From the NCBI GenBank assembly GCA_044432645.1, contig JAWXUM010000008.1, positions 1,056 to 65,055 on the forward strand: 64,000 nucleotides of DNA, written 5' to 3'. The stretch is from Clostridia bacterium (lineage in GTDB: Bacteria > Bacillota > Clostridia > Oscillospirales > Acutalibacteraceae). Numbering within the stretch: position 1 is the first letter of the stretch; each line of letters begins with the position of its first letter. The notes beneath the pieces were generated by a model. It had not been told where the DNA came from, did no database searches, and saw nothing but the letters and a program-made list of their open reading frames with translations. The position numbers and the translations under genes were made by a program. Of this stretch, positions 8,455 to 16,075 are shown one piece after another.

Positions 8455-9435
8455 ATGTCAGTTATAAAAGTTGAAAATTTAAATAAAACTTATAAAACAC
8501 GAATGGTTTCAAAGGGTTTAAGTGGTGGTTTTAAAGGTTTGTTTGAAAATAAGTATGCGTATAAAAAAGCTGTGGACGATATTAGTTTTTCTATTGAAAA
8601 AGGTGAAAAAGTTGGGTATATCGGACCTAACGGTGCTGGTAAATCCACTACAATTAAAATGCTAACTGGTATTTTAACACCTACATCGGGTGATATTATG
8701 GTTTCTGGACTTGTTCCATATAAAAAAAGAAAAGAAAATGCAAAACATATAGGTGTAGTTTTTGGTCAAAGAAGCCAGCTTATGTGGGATTTGCCACTAG
8801 AAGAATCTTTCGATATGCAAAGATATATCTTTGATGTTAGCAAAAATGATTATATAGATAGACTATCTTTTTTCAGAAAAACATTTGAGCTTGATGAATT
8901 CTTACGCAAACCAGTTCGTCAATTGTCTTTAGGTCAGCGTATGAGGGCAGAAGTTTGTCTATCTCTTATACATAATCCTGATATAGTATTCTTAGATGAG
9001 CCTACTATCGGACTTGATGTTGTATCTAAAGAAACTATCCGTGATTTAGTTAATAATATGAATAAGAATAATGGAACTACATTTATACTCACCACCCACG
9101 ACATGCAAGATATAGAGAAAACTTGTGACAGGGTTATGATTATTGACAAAGGCAAGTTAATGTATGATGATAATATCGAAACATTAAAAGAAAAATTTGG
9201 TAACAATAAATCTATAACAATTGTTTTGGAAGATATGGCAGAAAAAGATAAATCTATATATGAGCAAGAAGGTTTAAAAATAGAATATATCGATAAAAAC
9301 AAGATTACATACAGGTTATTAGGCTCAATTCCAGTAGAGCAAATTATAGCTACGCTATTCTCAAAACTAAAAATTAAAGACATTTCTATATCAAACGATA
9401 GTGTAGAAGATATAGTGAAAACTTTGTATGTTTAG
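8455..9435 (+). CDS. ABC transporter ATP-binding protein (COG4586-like)
   Basis: Walker A GPNGAGKST, signature LSLGQRMR, Walker B IVFLDEPT. Confidence 0.9.
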   Translation: MSVIKVENLNKTYKTRMVSKGLSGGFKGLFENKYAYKKAVDDISFSIEKGEKVGYIGPNGAGKSTTIKMLTGILTPTSGDIMVSGLVPYKKRKENAKHIGVVFGQRSQLMWDLPLEESFDMQRYIFDVSKNDYIDRLSFFRKTFELDEFLRKPVRQLSLGQRMRAEVCLSLIHNPDIVFLDEPTIGLDVVSKETIRDLVNNMNKNNGTTFILTTHDMQDIEKTCDRVMIIDKGKLMYDDNIETLKEKFGNNKSITIVLEDMAEKDKSIYEQEGLKIEYIDKNKITYRLLGSIPVEQIIATLFSKLKIKDISISNDSVEDIVKTLYV

Positions 9436-9450
9436 TAAATCAAAATACAT

Positions 9451-9490
9451 AAAGCACCTACTAATAAATTTTATTGGTAGGTGCTTTTTT
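9451..9490 (+). terminator. Rho-independent terminator of the oxidoreductase-ABC operon
   Basis: AAAGCACCTAC / GTAGGTGCTTT stem followed by a T-run. Confidence 0.8.
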
Positions 9491-9593
9491 GAAAATCAAA
9501 ACAAAATAAAATATACTTTTTAATATATAGCAAATCGTATAAAACAAAAGAACAACCATCTCTGATTGTCCTTAAAAGTTGTGTGATTTAATT

Positions 9594-9862
9594 TTTACAG
9601 TATCCAGACCCTCGGTTCACATTCCCACCTTAAGAGCATATACCTGAACCTATGACCTTCGGGTTATGAGCTTTGCTATAAGCGAAAAATTCAGTGTTTA
9701 TGGGAGTTTATAGCACTTTTTAGTCCATAAAATTGCCAAAAACCCGAGTGTCATTTCCACCCAGTCCACTGTTTCCGTCCCAGTTTTTCCTATTATGGGT
9801 CAAAACATGGGTCAAACCTTAAAAGTAATAAAGTCTAGTTTAATTTTTAATAAAAATAAGTT
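9594..9862 (+). repeat. About 270-bp dispersed repeat (U270), copy a
   Basis: Near identical to 34368-34637. Contains segments homologous to parts of the serine-recombinase elements and tandem ATGGGTCAA iterons (9794-9815). Confidence 0.8.
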
Positions 9863-9896
9863 CTCAAAATTTGCTATGCTGTAAACAAAGAAAGAG
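9863..9896 (+). repeat. Cassette-boundary site, copy 1
   Basis: CTCAAAATTTGCTATGCTGTAAACAAAGAAAGAG. Confidence 0.85.
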
Positions 9897-9923
9897 AATT
9901 TATCTTCTTGATAGCATTTTTAA

Positions 9924-10394
9924 TTATTTTAAACCAAATTCAATCTTTAAAGAGTTATATCTATCTTTTTCATGTGGTGATACTTCAAAAAATGGATTAT
10001 ATATGCAGTGTTGCATAACGTCGGCATCAATTAAAACTTCATCAAAAGAGCTATGTTTTATACCTTTACTGCTGTGATTATATATTGCTGAGCATATTTG
10101 CTCTATTTCTTTTTCGGTGAATAAAGATAATTTTTGCAAGATTTCTTTCGCAATAACTGAGCCTTTGTGTGCGTGGTTTGTGCTGTCTAAAGTAGAATAA
10201 ATGTAAATGTCATGGAGCATTCCAGCAATAGTGGCGAGTTCCACATCTTCATTTCGTTTCATTGCAATTAACGTGCAAACTTGGGATACACCATATAAAT
10301 GAATGTAAGCAGCTCTTTTTTCTTCATTGTTTGGAATATTAAATATCACTTGGTCAACGTATTTTCTTACTTCTTCAATTCTATTCATAAGCAC
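9924..10394 (-). CDS. HD-domain phosphohydrolase
   Basis: 156 aa with H...HD motif (GMLHDIYIY). The track start is GTG. ATG at 10388 behind GAGGTG is the more likely start. Confidence 0.8.
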   Translation of the reverse strand: MLMNRIEEVRKYVDQVIFNIPNNEEKRAAYIHLYGVSQVCTLIAMKRNEDVELATIAGMLHDIYIYSTLDSTNHAHKGSVIAKEILQKLSLFTEKEIEQICSAIYNHSSKGIKHSSFDEVLIDADVMQHCIYNPFFEVSPHEKDRYNSLKIEFGLK

Positions 10395-10429
10395 CTCACT
10401 AAATTATATGTTAATTTTATTGCATGGCT

Positions 10430-10463
10430 CTCAAAATTTGCTATGCTGTAAACAAAGAAAGAC
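10430..10463 (+). repeat. Cassette-boundary site, copy 2
   Basis: CTCAAAATTTGCTATGCTGTAAACAAAGAAAGAC. Last base overlaps the stop codon of 10463-11035. Confidence 0.85.
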
Positions 10464-11035
10464 TATTTTCTAAGCTTATCATATTGCACAACAGTTTCAC
10501 CAGTTTTAAGATTAATTTTTTCTTTATATAATAAGGTATATCTTATCTGACCTTTGGTATAATCTCTGTTGGTTTTTGGAAAGAATGAGCGACAGAAATA
10601 TGTATTATCCTCATTTTTAGAAATAAATATGTAAATATCGTTAGATTCCAACGGAGTTGATAGTAAAAAATCGGCTTGAATAAACGAAAAGGCATTAATT
10701 TTTTCATTGTATCTAAAAACTAAATTGTTATTATCTAGGATTTTTTCAATGTTGGCAAGTGGGATAAATCTATCTTCAATTTGAGAAATAAACTCACTTG
10801 TAGATATTTTTGCATAAGTTAATTTGTTATTAATAATGTCTGTGAAAACCTTAAAACGATTTTGATTAGCAACTTCTAAATCTCTAAGTTTAACAAGACC
10901 CATTAAATGATGAAACTGTGAAGAAAGAAACCTAATTCTAAGTTCAATTTTTTCACCTTTTCGCCCTAAAACAATTTTGTATTCAGTATGGGTAAGATTT
11001 TCAAATGCTTTTGCACACGCCAATAGTTTGTCCAT
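10463..11035 (-). CDS. Putative PBECR4-like (barnase/EndoU/RelE-fold) nuclease, paralog A
   Basis: 190 aa with an FHHLMGL motif. Paralog at 34671-35243. The family assignment is from memory and is tentative. Confidence 0.55.
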   Translation of the reverse strand: MDKLLACAKAFENLTHTEYKIVLGRKGEKIELRIRFLSSQFHHLMGLVKLRDLEVANQNRFKVFTDIINNKLTYAKISTSEFISQIEDRFIPLANIEKILDNNNLVFRYNEKINAFSFIQADFLLSTPLESNDIYIFISKNEDNTYFCRSFFPKTNRDYTKGQIRYTLLYKEKINLKTGETVVQYDKLRK

Positions 11036-11228
11036 AAAATTCCTCTCTGTATAAAGAAAGTCGCCTTGCTTTCACAAGACGACTAACAATAGCGTTTTCT
11101 TTCGGTATTACTACCTACATCGGTTCGAGGTTGCCACTCAACCCATCCGTAGAGCTCCATACAACAAGGCGACCGATACCCCCTTGCATATCAACACTCA
11201 AACAGACACACAGTCGTTGCCTGTTGTT
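11036..11228 (-). ncRNA. Structured 5' leader RNA with intrinsic terminator (copy A)
   Basis: Promoter TTGACA-N17-TAATAT. Conserved 5' block, covarying helix (11172-11177 with 11119-11124). Terminator hairpin 11059-11084 plus U-run directly before the SD. Confidence 0.6.
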
Positions 11229-11234
11229 ATTATT

Positions 11235-11263
11235 ATATTACACTATTATAGCAAATATGTCAA
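11235..11263 (-). promoter_or_regulatory. Sigma-70-type promoter of leader A
   Basis: -35 TTGACA (11258-11263), 17-nt spacer, -10 TAATAT (11235-11240). Identical arrangement at 35439-35467. Confidence 0.6.
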
Positions 11264-11272
11264 CGAGTTTAG

Positions 11273-11302
11273 AAAAATTTGCTATGCTGTAAACAAAGAG
11301 AG
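11273..11302 (+). repeat. Cassette-boundary site, copy 3
   Basis: AAAAATTTGCTATGCTGTAAACAAAGAGAG, 5 nt from the stop codon of 11308-11607. Confidence 0.8.
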
Positions 11303-11307
11303 CTATT

Positions 11308-11607
11308 TTATGATATTGCGATGCGTTCGTATTTAAAACTGTTTTTATATAAAGTTTCAGTTGCGATATCAATATCTCCGTCAAGCCAAGTAAGGATTCC
11401 ATCGATAATTTTGCAAGTTTTGAAAACTTCATCTTTTTTCAAAACTTCAAAAACTGGAATATCAGTTAATGTTGTGGCATCAAAAAGACGATCTTCGCTT
11501 GTGTTAAACGTAACAATCATCATCATATCATCTAAAGCTTTAACGTTTACTACTTCTAAATAATCAACGTTTTCACTTGCGTAAGCAATTCCATTTATAA
11601 TTCGCAT
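11308..11607 (-). CDS. DUF2442-family protein
   Basis: 99 aa. Pattern ...IVTFNTSEDRLFD...GILTWLDGDIDIATETLY is typical of DUF2442. Confidence 0.75.
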   Translation of the reverse strand: MRIINGIAYASENVDYLEVVNVKALDDMMMIVTFNTSEDRLFDATTLTDIPVFEVLKKDEVFKTCKIIDGILTWLDGDIDIATETLYKNSFKYERIAIS

Positions 11608-11618
11608 AATATTCCTCC

Positions 11619-11882
11619 TTAAAGTGGTTTGATTTTATCAAAGGCAACGCCTTGTACAGCTTTATTCCACGCTCCATAAACTTCTTCTTCGTATAAAGCA
11701 AGCCAACCGACAACCATTTTTAGTTGCCTAATTGGTAAAGCTCCAGCGAGCAACTCGCCGTCAAGAGCAATAGAAGCTTTATATTCTCCATAAGTTACGT
11801 GAACGTGTGGTTTATTGTGCTGAACAGTGTCTAAAAATAACATTTTAATTATAATTCCTTGAAATCGACATATTTCTGGCAT
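11619..11882 (-). CDS. DUF4160-family protein
   Basis: Start moved to MPEICRF (SD AAAGGAG). HNKPHVHVTYGEYKA motif is typical of DUF4160. Confidence 0.75.
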   Translation of the reverse strand: MPEICRFQGIIIKMLFLDTVQHNKPHVHVTYGEYKASIALDGELLAGALPIRQLKMVVGWLALYEEEVYGAWNKAVQGVAFDKIKPL

Positions 11883-11970
11883 AATAAATCTCCTTTTGTA
11901 TAGTATATCCACTGCTGTTTACAAATAAGTTATTAATGTAATTTTATCATAAAATTGCGATTTTTTCAAC

Positions 11971-12231
11971 TTATACATTCAATTTTTTCCTAAGTGCTTC
12001 TAGGCAATCGTCTGCATCTAGCACTTTGCCTTCCCTAATTTCATCTTCTGCTAACGCAAGTTTGGTGTAAAGTTCAAGCTTTGCAATTTTTTCTTCATAA
12101 GCTTCTAAATCCATTATTACCATTGAACCATAACCATTTTTGGTGATATAAATAGGCTCTTTTGTCTCGCTACACATTGCAGAAATAAGAGAAGTGTTTT
12201 TTAAATCTTTAATTGGAATAATTTGTGGCAT
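11971..12231 (-). CDS. Phd/YefM-like type II antitoxin
   Basis: Start moved to MPQIIPIKDLKNT (SD AAGGAG). EPIYITKNGYGSMVIMDLEAYE motif. Confidence 0.6.
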   Translation of the reverse strand: MPQIIPIKDLKNTSLISAMCSETKEPIYITKNGYGSMVIMDLEAYEEKIAKLELYTKLALAEDEIREGKVLDADDCLEALRKKLNV

Positions 12232-12368
12232 ATCTATCAACTCCTTTATGGGATAATTATACCATTATTATATGTGAATTTCAAGATAAAATTAGCGTTT
12301 TAAGATTTTCCTTGAATACTTATCATATAATTGCTATAATTATTTTATTAAATAAACTCGAGGTGGCT

Positions 12369-13082
12369 ATGAATTTAAGTGTTGGAATTTGCGACGATGA
12401 GATACGTCAAACTGAATATATTAAAAAGCTTGTTAGCGTTTGGGCTAAGGAGCAAAATTTCTCTGCCCAAATTAAAGTGTTTAGCAGTGCCGAGAACTTT
12501 CTTTTTGAATATGAGGACTGTAAAAATTTTGACATTTTGCTACTAGACATAGAAATGGGCAAAATCAACGGCGTTGAGCTTGCCAAAGAAATACGCAAAA
12601 AAGACGAGGCTGTGCAAATTATATTTATCACAGGTTTTTCTGATTTCATGGCAGAGGGTTTTGAAGTTTCGGCACTTCATTACTTGATGAAACCAGTTAA
12701 AATGGAAAAGCTTTTTGAAGTTCTAAACAAAGCAGTGGCTAAAATTAGCTATAAGGAAAAGCCTGTTATAATAGAAAACACAAAAATTCTGCCAAGCGAA
12801 ATTTACTATGCCGAAAGCATAGGTCACAAGAGTAAAATCGTCACTAAAACAGAAACAATTGAAGCAAAAATTCCACTAAATAAGCTAGAAGAAATGCTTG
12901 GAACTGGCTTTGTAAAAGTTCATCGTTCCTATTTAGCCAGTATAAACTTTATTAAAACCATAGGAAAAACTGAAATTATTTTAGATAGTGGCGAAGAAAT
13001 TCCAATGTCACGCAGATTATATCAAGACGTAAACAAGGCTTTTATCAAACATTTTAGAGGTGAGCAAGATGGGACTATTTAA
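12369..13082 (+). CDS. LytTR/AlgR-family response regulator
   Basis: Receiver domain (ICDDE...LLLDIEM) plus LytTR domain (VHRSYLASINFI). Start moved to ATG 12369 behind GAGGTGG. Confidence 0.9.
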   Translation: MNLSVGICDDEIRQTEYIKKLVSVWAKEQNFSAQIKVFSSAENFLFEYEDCKNFDILLLDIEMGKINGVELAKEIRKKDEAVQIIFITGFSDFMAEGFEVSALHYLMKPVKMEKLFEVLNKAVAKISYKEKPVIIENTKILPSEIYYAESIGHKSKIVTKTETIEAKIPLNKLEEMLGTGFVKVHRSYLASINFIKTIGKTEIILDSGEEIPMSRRLYQDVNKAFIKHFRGEQDGTI

Positions 13083-13788
13083 CCTACTTTTCGGCAAAAT
13101 GATAGACAAAAGAATATCAGCATACCAAAGCGACCTCATACAAAAGCACTGTGACGAAGTTGAAAATATGTACAAGCAAATGCGTGGTTGGAGGCATGAT
13201 TACCACAACCATATTCAAAAAATGAAAGCTCACTTAACACTTAATCAAGTGAATAAGCTTGACGAATATCTAAATGAATTAGACAAAGATTTAACACAAG
13301 TTGACACAGTTATCAAAACTGGAAATGTGATGATAGACGCTATTTTAAATAGTAAATTGTCGCTGATAAAATCTAAAAACATAATTGTTAACACAAAGGC
13401 GATAGTCCCTGAAAACTTACAAATTTCAGAACTTGACCTTTGCATTATAATCGGAAACTTGCTTGATAATGCAGTTGAAGCCTGTGAAAATCAAGAAAAC
13501 GCATTTATCCGTGTGTTTATTGGCATACTCAAAAATCAATTATACATTTCTGTAACAAATTCCGTTTCACATAATATAAACAAAAAAGATAAAATCTACC
13601 TATCCACTAAAAAGGAAAACAACCACGGTTTTGGACTTATGAGGATAGACAAAATAACAGCAAAATATAATGGCTTTGTAAACAGACAAAACGAAGACGG
13701 AGTTTTTTCGACAGAAATTCTTTTGCCTATGGCAAAAAGTTCGGAGTTCAGAATTCAGAATTCAGAGGAGAACGAAAATGGAAAGTAG
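13069..13788 (+). CDS. GHKL-type sensor histidine kinase without a membrane sensor domain
   Basis: H-box WRHDYHNH, N-box IIGNLLDNAVEA, G-box HGFGL. No hydrophobic helices. Overlaps the regulator gene end. Confidence 0.8.
   Translation: MGLFNLLFGKMIDKRISAYQSDLIQKHCDEVENMYKQMRGWRHDYHNHIQKMKAHLTLNQVNKLDEYLNELDKDLTQVDTVIKTGNVMIDAILNSKLSLIKSKNIIVNTKAIVPENLQISELDLCIIIGNLLDNAVEACENQENAFIRVFIGILKNQLYISVTNSVSHNINKKDKIYLSTKKENNHGFGLMRIDKITAKYNGFVNRQNEDGVFSTEILLPMAKSSEFRIQNSEENENGK
13744..13768 (+). repeat. Left heptamer inverted repeat flanking the four-helix-bundle gene
   Basis: GAGTTCAGAATTCAGAATTCAGAGG. Inverted partner at 14129-14157. Confidence 0.7.
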
Positions 13789-14128
13789 CATTATATCAGA
13801 AAAAAGTAAAACTTTTGCAATACGCATTATTAACTTGAACAAATATTTAAGAACAGAACATAAAGAATTTGTTTTGTCTAATCAAATATTAAAAAGTGGA
13901 ACTAGTATTGGAGCAAATGTAAGAGAGGCGAGACGAGGTCAAAGTTCTGCTGATTTTATTTCTAAGTTAAGTATATCTTTAAAAGAAGCTGATGAAACCC
14001 AATATTGGTTAGAATTATTGTATGAAACAAACTATATATCAGACAAAGAATTTATTTCGTTGAATAAAGATTGCGAAGAGCTAATTAAAATTTTAGTTTC
14101 AATTATTAAAACAACTGCAAATCAATAA
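13778..14128 (+). CDS. Four-helix-bundle protein (23S rRNA intervening-sequence protein / Avd-like family)
   Basis: 116 aa. GTSIGANVREA...ISLKEADETQYWLELL signature. Confidence 0.85.
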   Translation: MESSIISEKSKTFAIRIINLNKYLRTEHKEFVLSNQILKSGTSIGANVREARRGQSSADFISKLSISLKEADETQYWLELLYETNYISDKEFISLNKDCEELIKILVSIIKTTANQ

Positions 14129-14157
14129 TTCTGAACTATGAACTCATAACTCTGAAC
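14129..14157 (+). repeat. Right heptamer inverted repeat flanking the four-helix-bundle gene
   Basis: TTCTGAACTATGAACTCATAACTCTGAAC, the reverse complement of TTCAGAR-type heptamers. Confidence 0.7.
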
Positions 14158-14170
14158 TATCTAACCATTC

Positions 14171-14204
14171 GTGCGTGAAATCATACCATTCACGCACATT
14201 TTTT
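14171..14204 (+). terminator. Rho-independent terminator
   Basis: GTGCGTGAA / TTCACGCAC stem followed by ATTTTTT. Confidence 0.75.
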
Positions 14205-14251
14205 AATTATAATAGGCTGATATGTTATTATAACAACAAGGAGGTGTTACA

Positions 14252-16075
14252 ATGAAAAATCAAAACAAAAAGTATACAACAATTAGTAATATGTTGTTCT
14301 GCTTAAAAAGCACTAAAGAATATTTACCCAAACTTTTGGTATGGACTTTTTTGTCAATTATTGTTCAGTTAGCTTTGCCCATTATAGAAATATATTTACC
14401 AAAAATTATTATTGATGAATTAACGAATAATGACTCATTACAGCCTTTATTGTTAGTGGTACTAATTTCTACATCATTATTTGCTGTTTTTACAGCTTTT
14501 TCAAAACTTTGTGATAAATATGTATATAACAATAAAGTGCAAATGGGTTCATATTACATACATAAAGTATCTCAAAAAAATTTAAGCACAGATTACACCA
14601 ATTATCAAAATGAAGACTTTTTATCTTTGCAACAAGAATCGTATGATATGTGTGGCAGAAATGAGTCAGTACTTATAAATATCTACTATATATGGATAAC
14701 ATTGCTCTCCAGCACTTTAGGTTTTATTGTTTATACTTCTATTTTAGCGAATTTGAATTTCCTTATTGTAATTTTTTTAATTATAAGTTCATTAGCAATT
14801 TATTTTTTAAATAAGCCAATAACAAACTGGACTGAAAAAAACAATGCTCAAAGAGCAAAATATTCTCATAAATTAGGATATATTGATAGTGTTTCTTCAG
14901 ATATTAAGTCAGCAAAAGATATTCGACTTTACGGCATGGCAGAACATTTAAAGGAAATATACAATCAAAATGTTTTGAAAATAGAAATTTGGTATAAAAA
15001 GTATTCTAAATTAATTTTAAAAGTTGTTTTTGCTAATTCATCAATTTCACTTTTAAGAGAAGGTATAGCTTATGCTTACTTAATTTATATAACCTTAAAC
15101 AGTGAAATATCAGTAGGACAATTTGTATTATACTTTTCAGCTATAACTGGTTTTTCAACTTGGCTACAAAACATAATAACACAGTTCACACAGATGAATA
15201 GGACTTCAATGCATATTAGTAAGTTTAGAAATTATCTTGAATTTGATGAAAATTTTAAACGTGAAAATGGCATAAATATAAACGATAAGTTATCTAGTCC
15301 TTGCACGATAGAAATTAAGAATGTAAAATATAAATATCCTAATTCTGATAACCTTATACTTGATGATATGAGCTTGAATATAAAAAAAGGCGAACATTTA
15401 GGTATAATAGGACTTAATGGTGCAGGAAAGACTACTTTAGTCAATTTAATATGTGGTCTTACTGACCCAACACAAGGAGAAATTTTATACGATAAAATAA
15501 ATATCAAAGACTATAATCGCAGCGATTATTATAAATTGTTTTCTGCTGTATTTCAAAATTATAGTTTATTAGCTTTATCTATCGAAGAAGTAATAGCAGA
15601 AACTACTACAGAAAATATTGATAAAAACAAGCTTGCCGAATGTTTAAAAATAGCAGGAATTTATGAAAGAATTTTAAGTTTACCAAATGGTGTTAAAACA
15701 AAAATTGACAAATCGGTAAATGATAATGCTACAGATTTTTCTGGTGGTGAAATTCAAAAGTTATTGCTTGCTAGAGCGATTTATAAAAATTCACCTATTT
15801 TGATATTAGATGAACCAACCGCGGCGCTTGATCCTATTGCTGAAAATAAATTATATAATAGTTATCATGAAATAACAAAAGGAAAAACTTCTATATTTAT
15901 ATCCCATAGACTAGCAAGCACAAGATTTTGTGACCGAATTATACTTATAAACAACGGAAAAATAGAAGAAATGGGTACACATACCGAATTATTAGCTAAT
16001 AAAGCTATGTATTACGATTTGTTTGAAACACAGGCTACATATTATCGTGAAAGCGTGGTGGACAATAATGAATGA
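14252..16075 (+). CDS. ABC exporter, fused permease/ATPase (subunit 1)
   Basis: 607 aa. N-terminal 6-TM domain. GLNGAGKTT, FSGGEIQK, ILILDEPT. Confidence 0.9.
   Translation: MKNQNKKYTTISNMLFCLKSTKEYLPKLLVWTFLSIIVQLALPIIEIYLPKIIIDELTNNDSLQPLLLVVLISTSLFAVFTAFSKLCDKYVYNNKVQMGSYYIHKVSQKNLSTDYTNYQNEDFLSLQQESYDMCGRNESVLINIYYIWITLLSSTLGFIVYTSILANLNFLIVIFLIISSLAIYFLNKPITNWTEKNNAQRAKYSHKLGYIDSVSSDIKSAKDIRLYGMAEHLKEIYNQNVLKIEIWYKKYSKLILKVVFANSSISLLREGIAYAYLIYITLNSEISVGQFVLYFSAITGFSTWLQNIITQFTQMNRTSMHISKFRNYLEFDENFKRENGININDKLSSPCTIEIKNVKYKYPNSDNLILDDMSLNIKKGEHLGIIGLNGAGKTTLVNLICGLTDPTQGEILYDKINIKDYNRSDYYKLFSAVFQNYSLLALSIEEVIAETTTENIDKNKLAECLKIAGIYERILSLPNGVKTKIDKSVNDNATDFSGGEIQKLLLARAIYKNSPILILDEPTAALDPIAENKLYNSYHEITKGKTSIFISHRLASTRFCDRIILINNGKIEEMGTHTELLANKAMYYDLFETQATYYRESVVDNNE

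Noticed and set aside
8934-9383. 149-aa antisense ORF inside the ABC ATPase gene. Similar antisense or alternative-frame ORFs lie inside the recombinase, sulfatase, GH31 and GH2 genes (for example 37462-37824 and 58993-59319)
   Set aside because: Each lies inside a gene with strong motif support on the other strand or frame. They have no SD sequences and their composition is typical of shadow ORFs.
13778-14128. Avd-like four-helix-bundle gene as a sign of a diversity-generating retroelement
   Set aside because: There is no reverse transcriptase gene and no template/variable repeat pair anywhere in the window.
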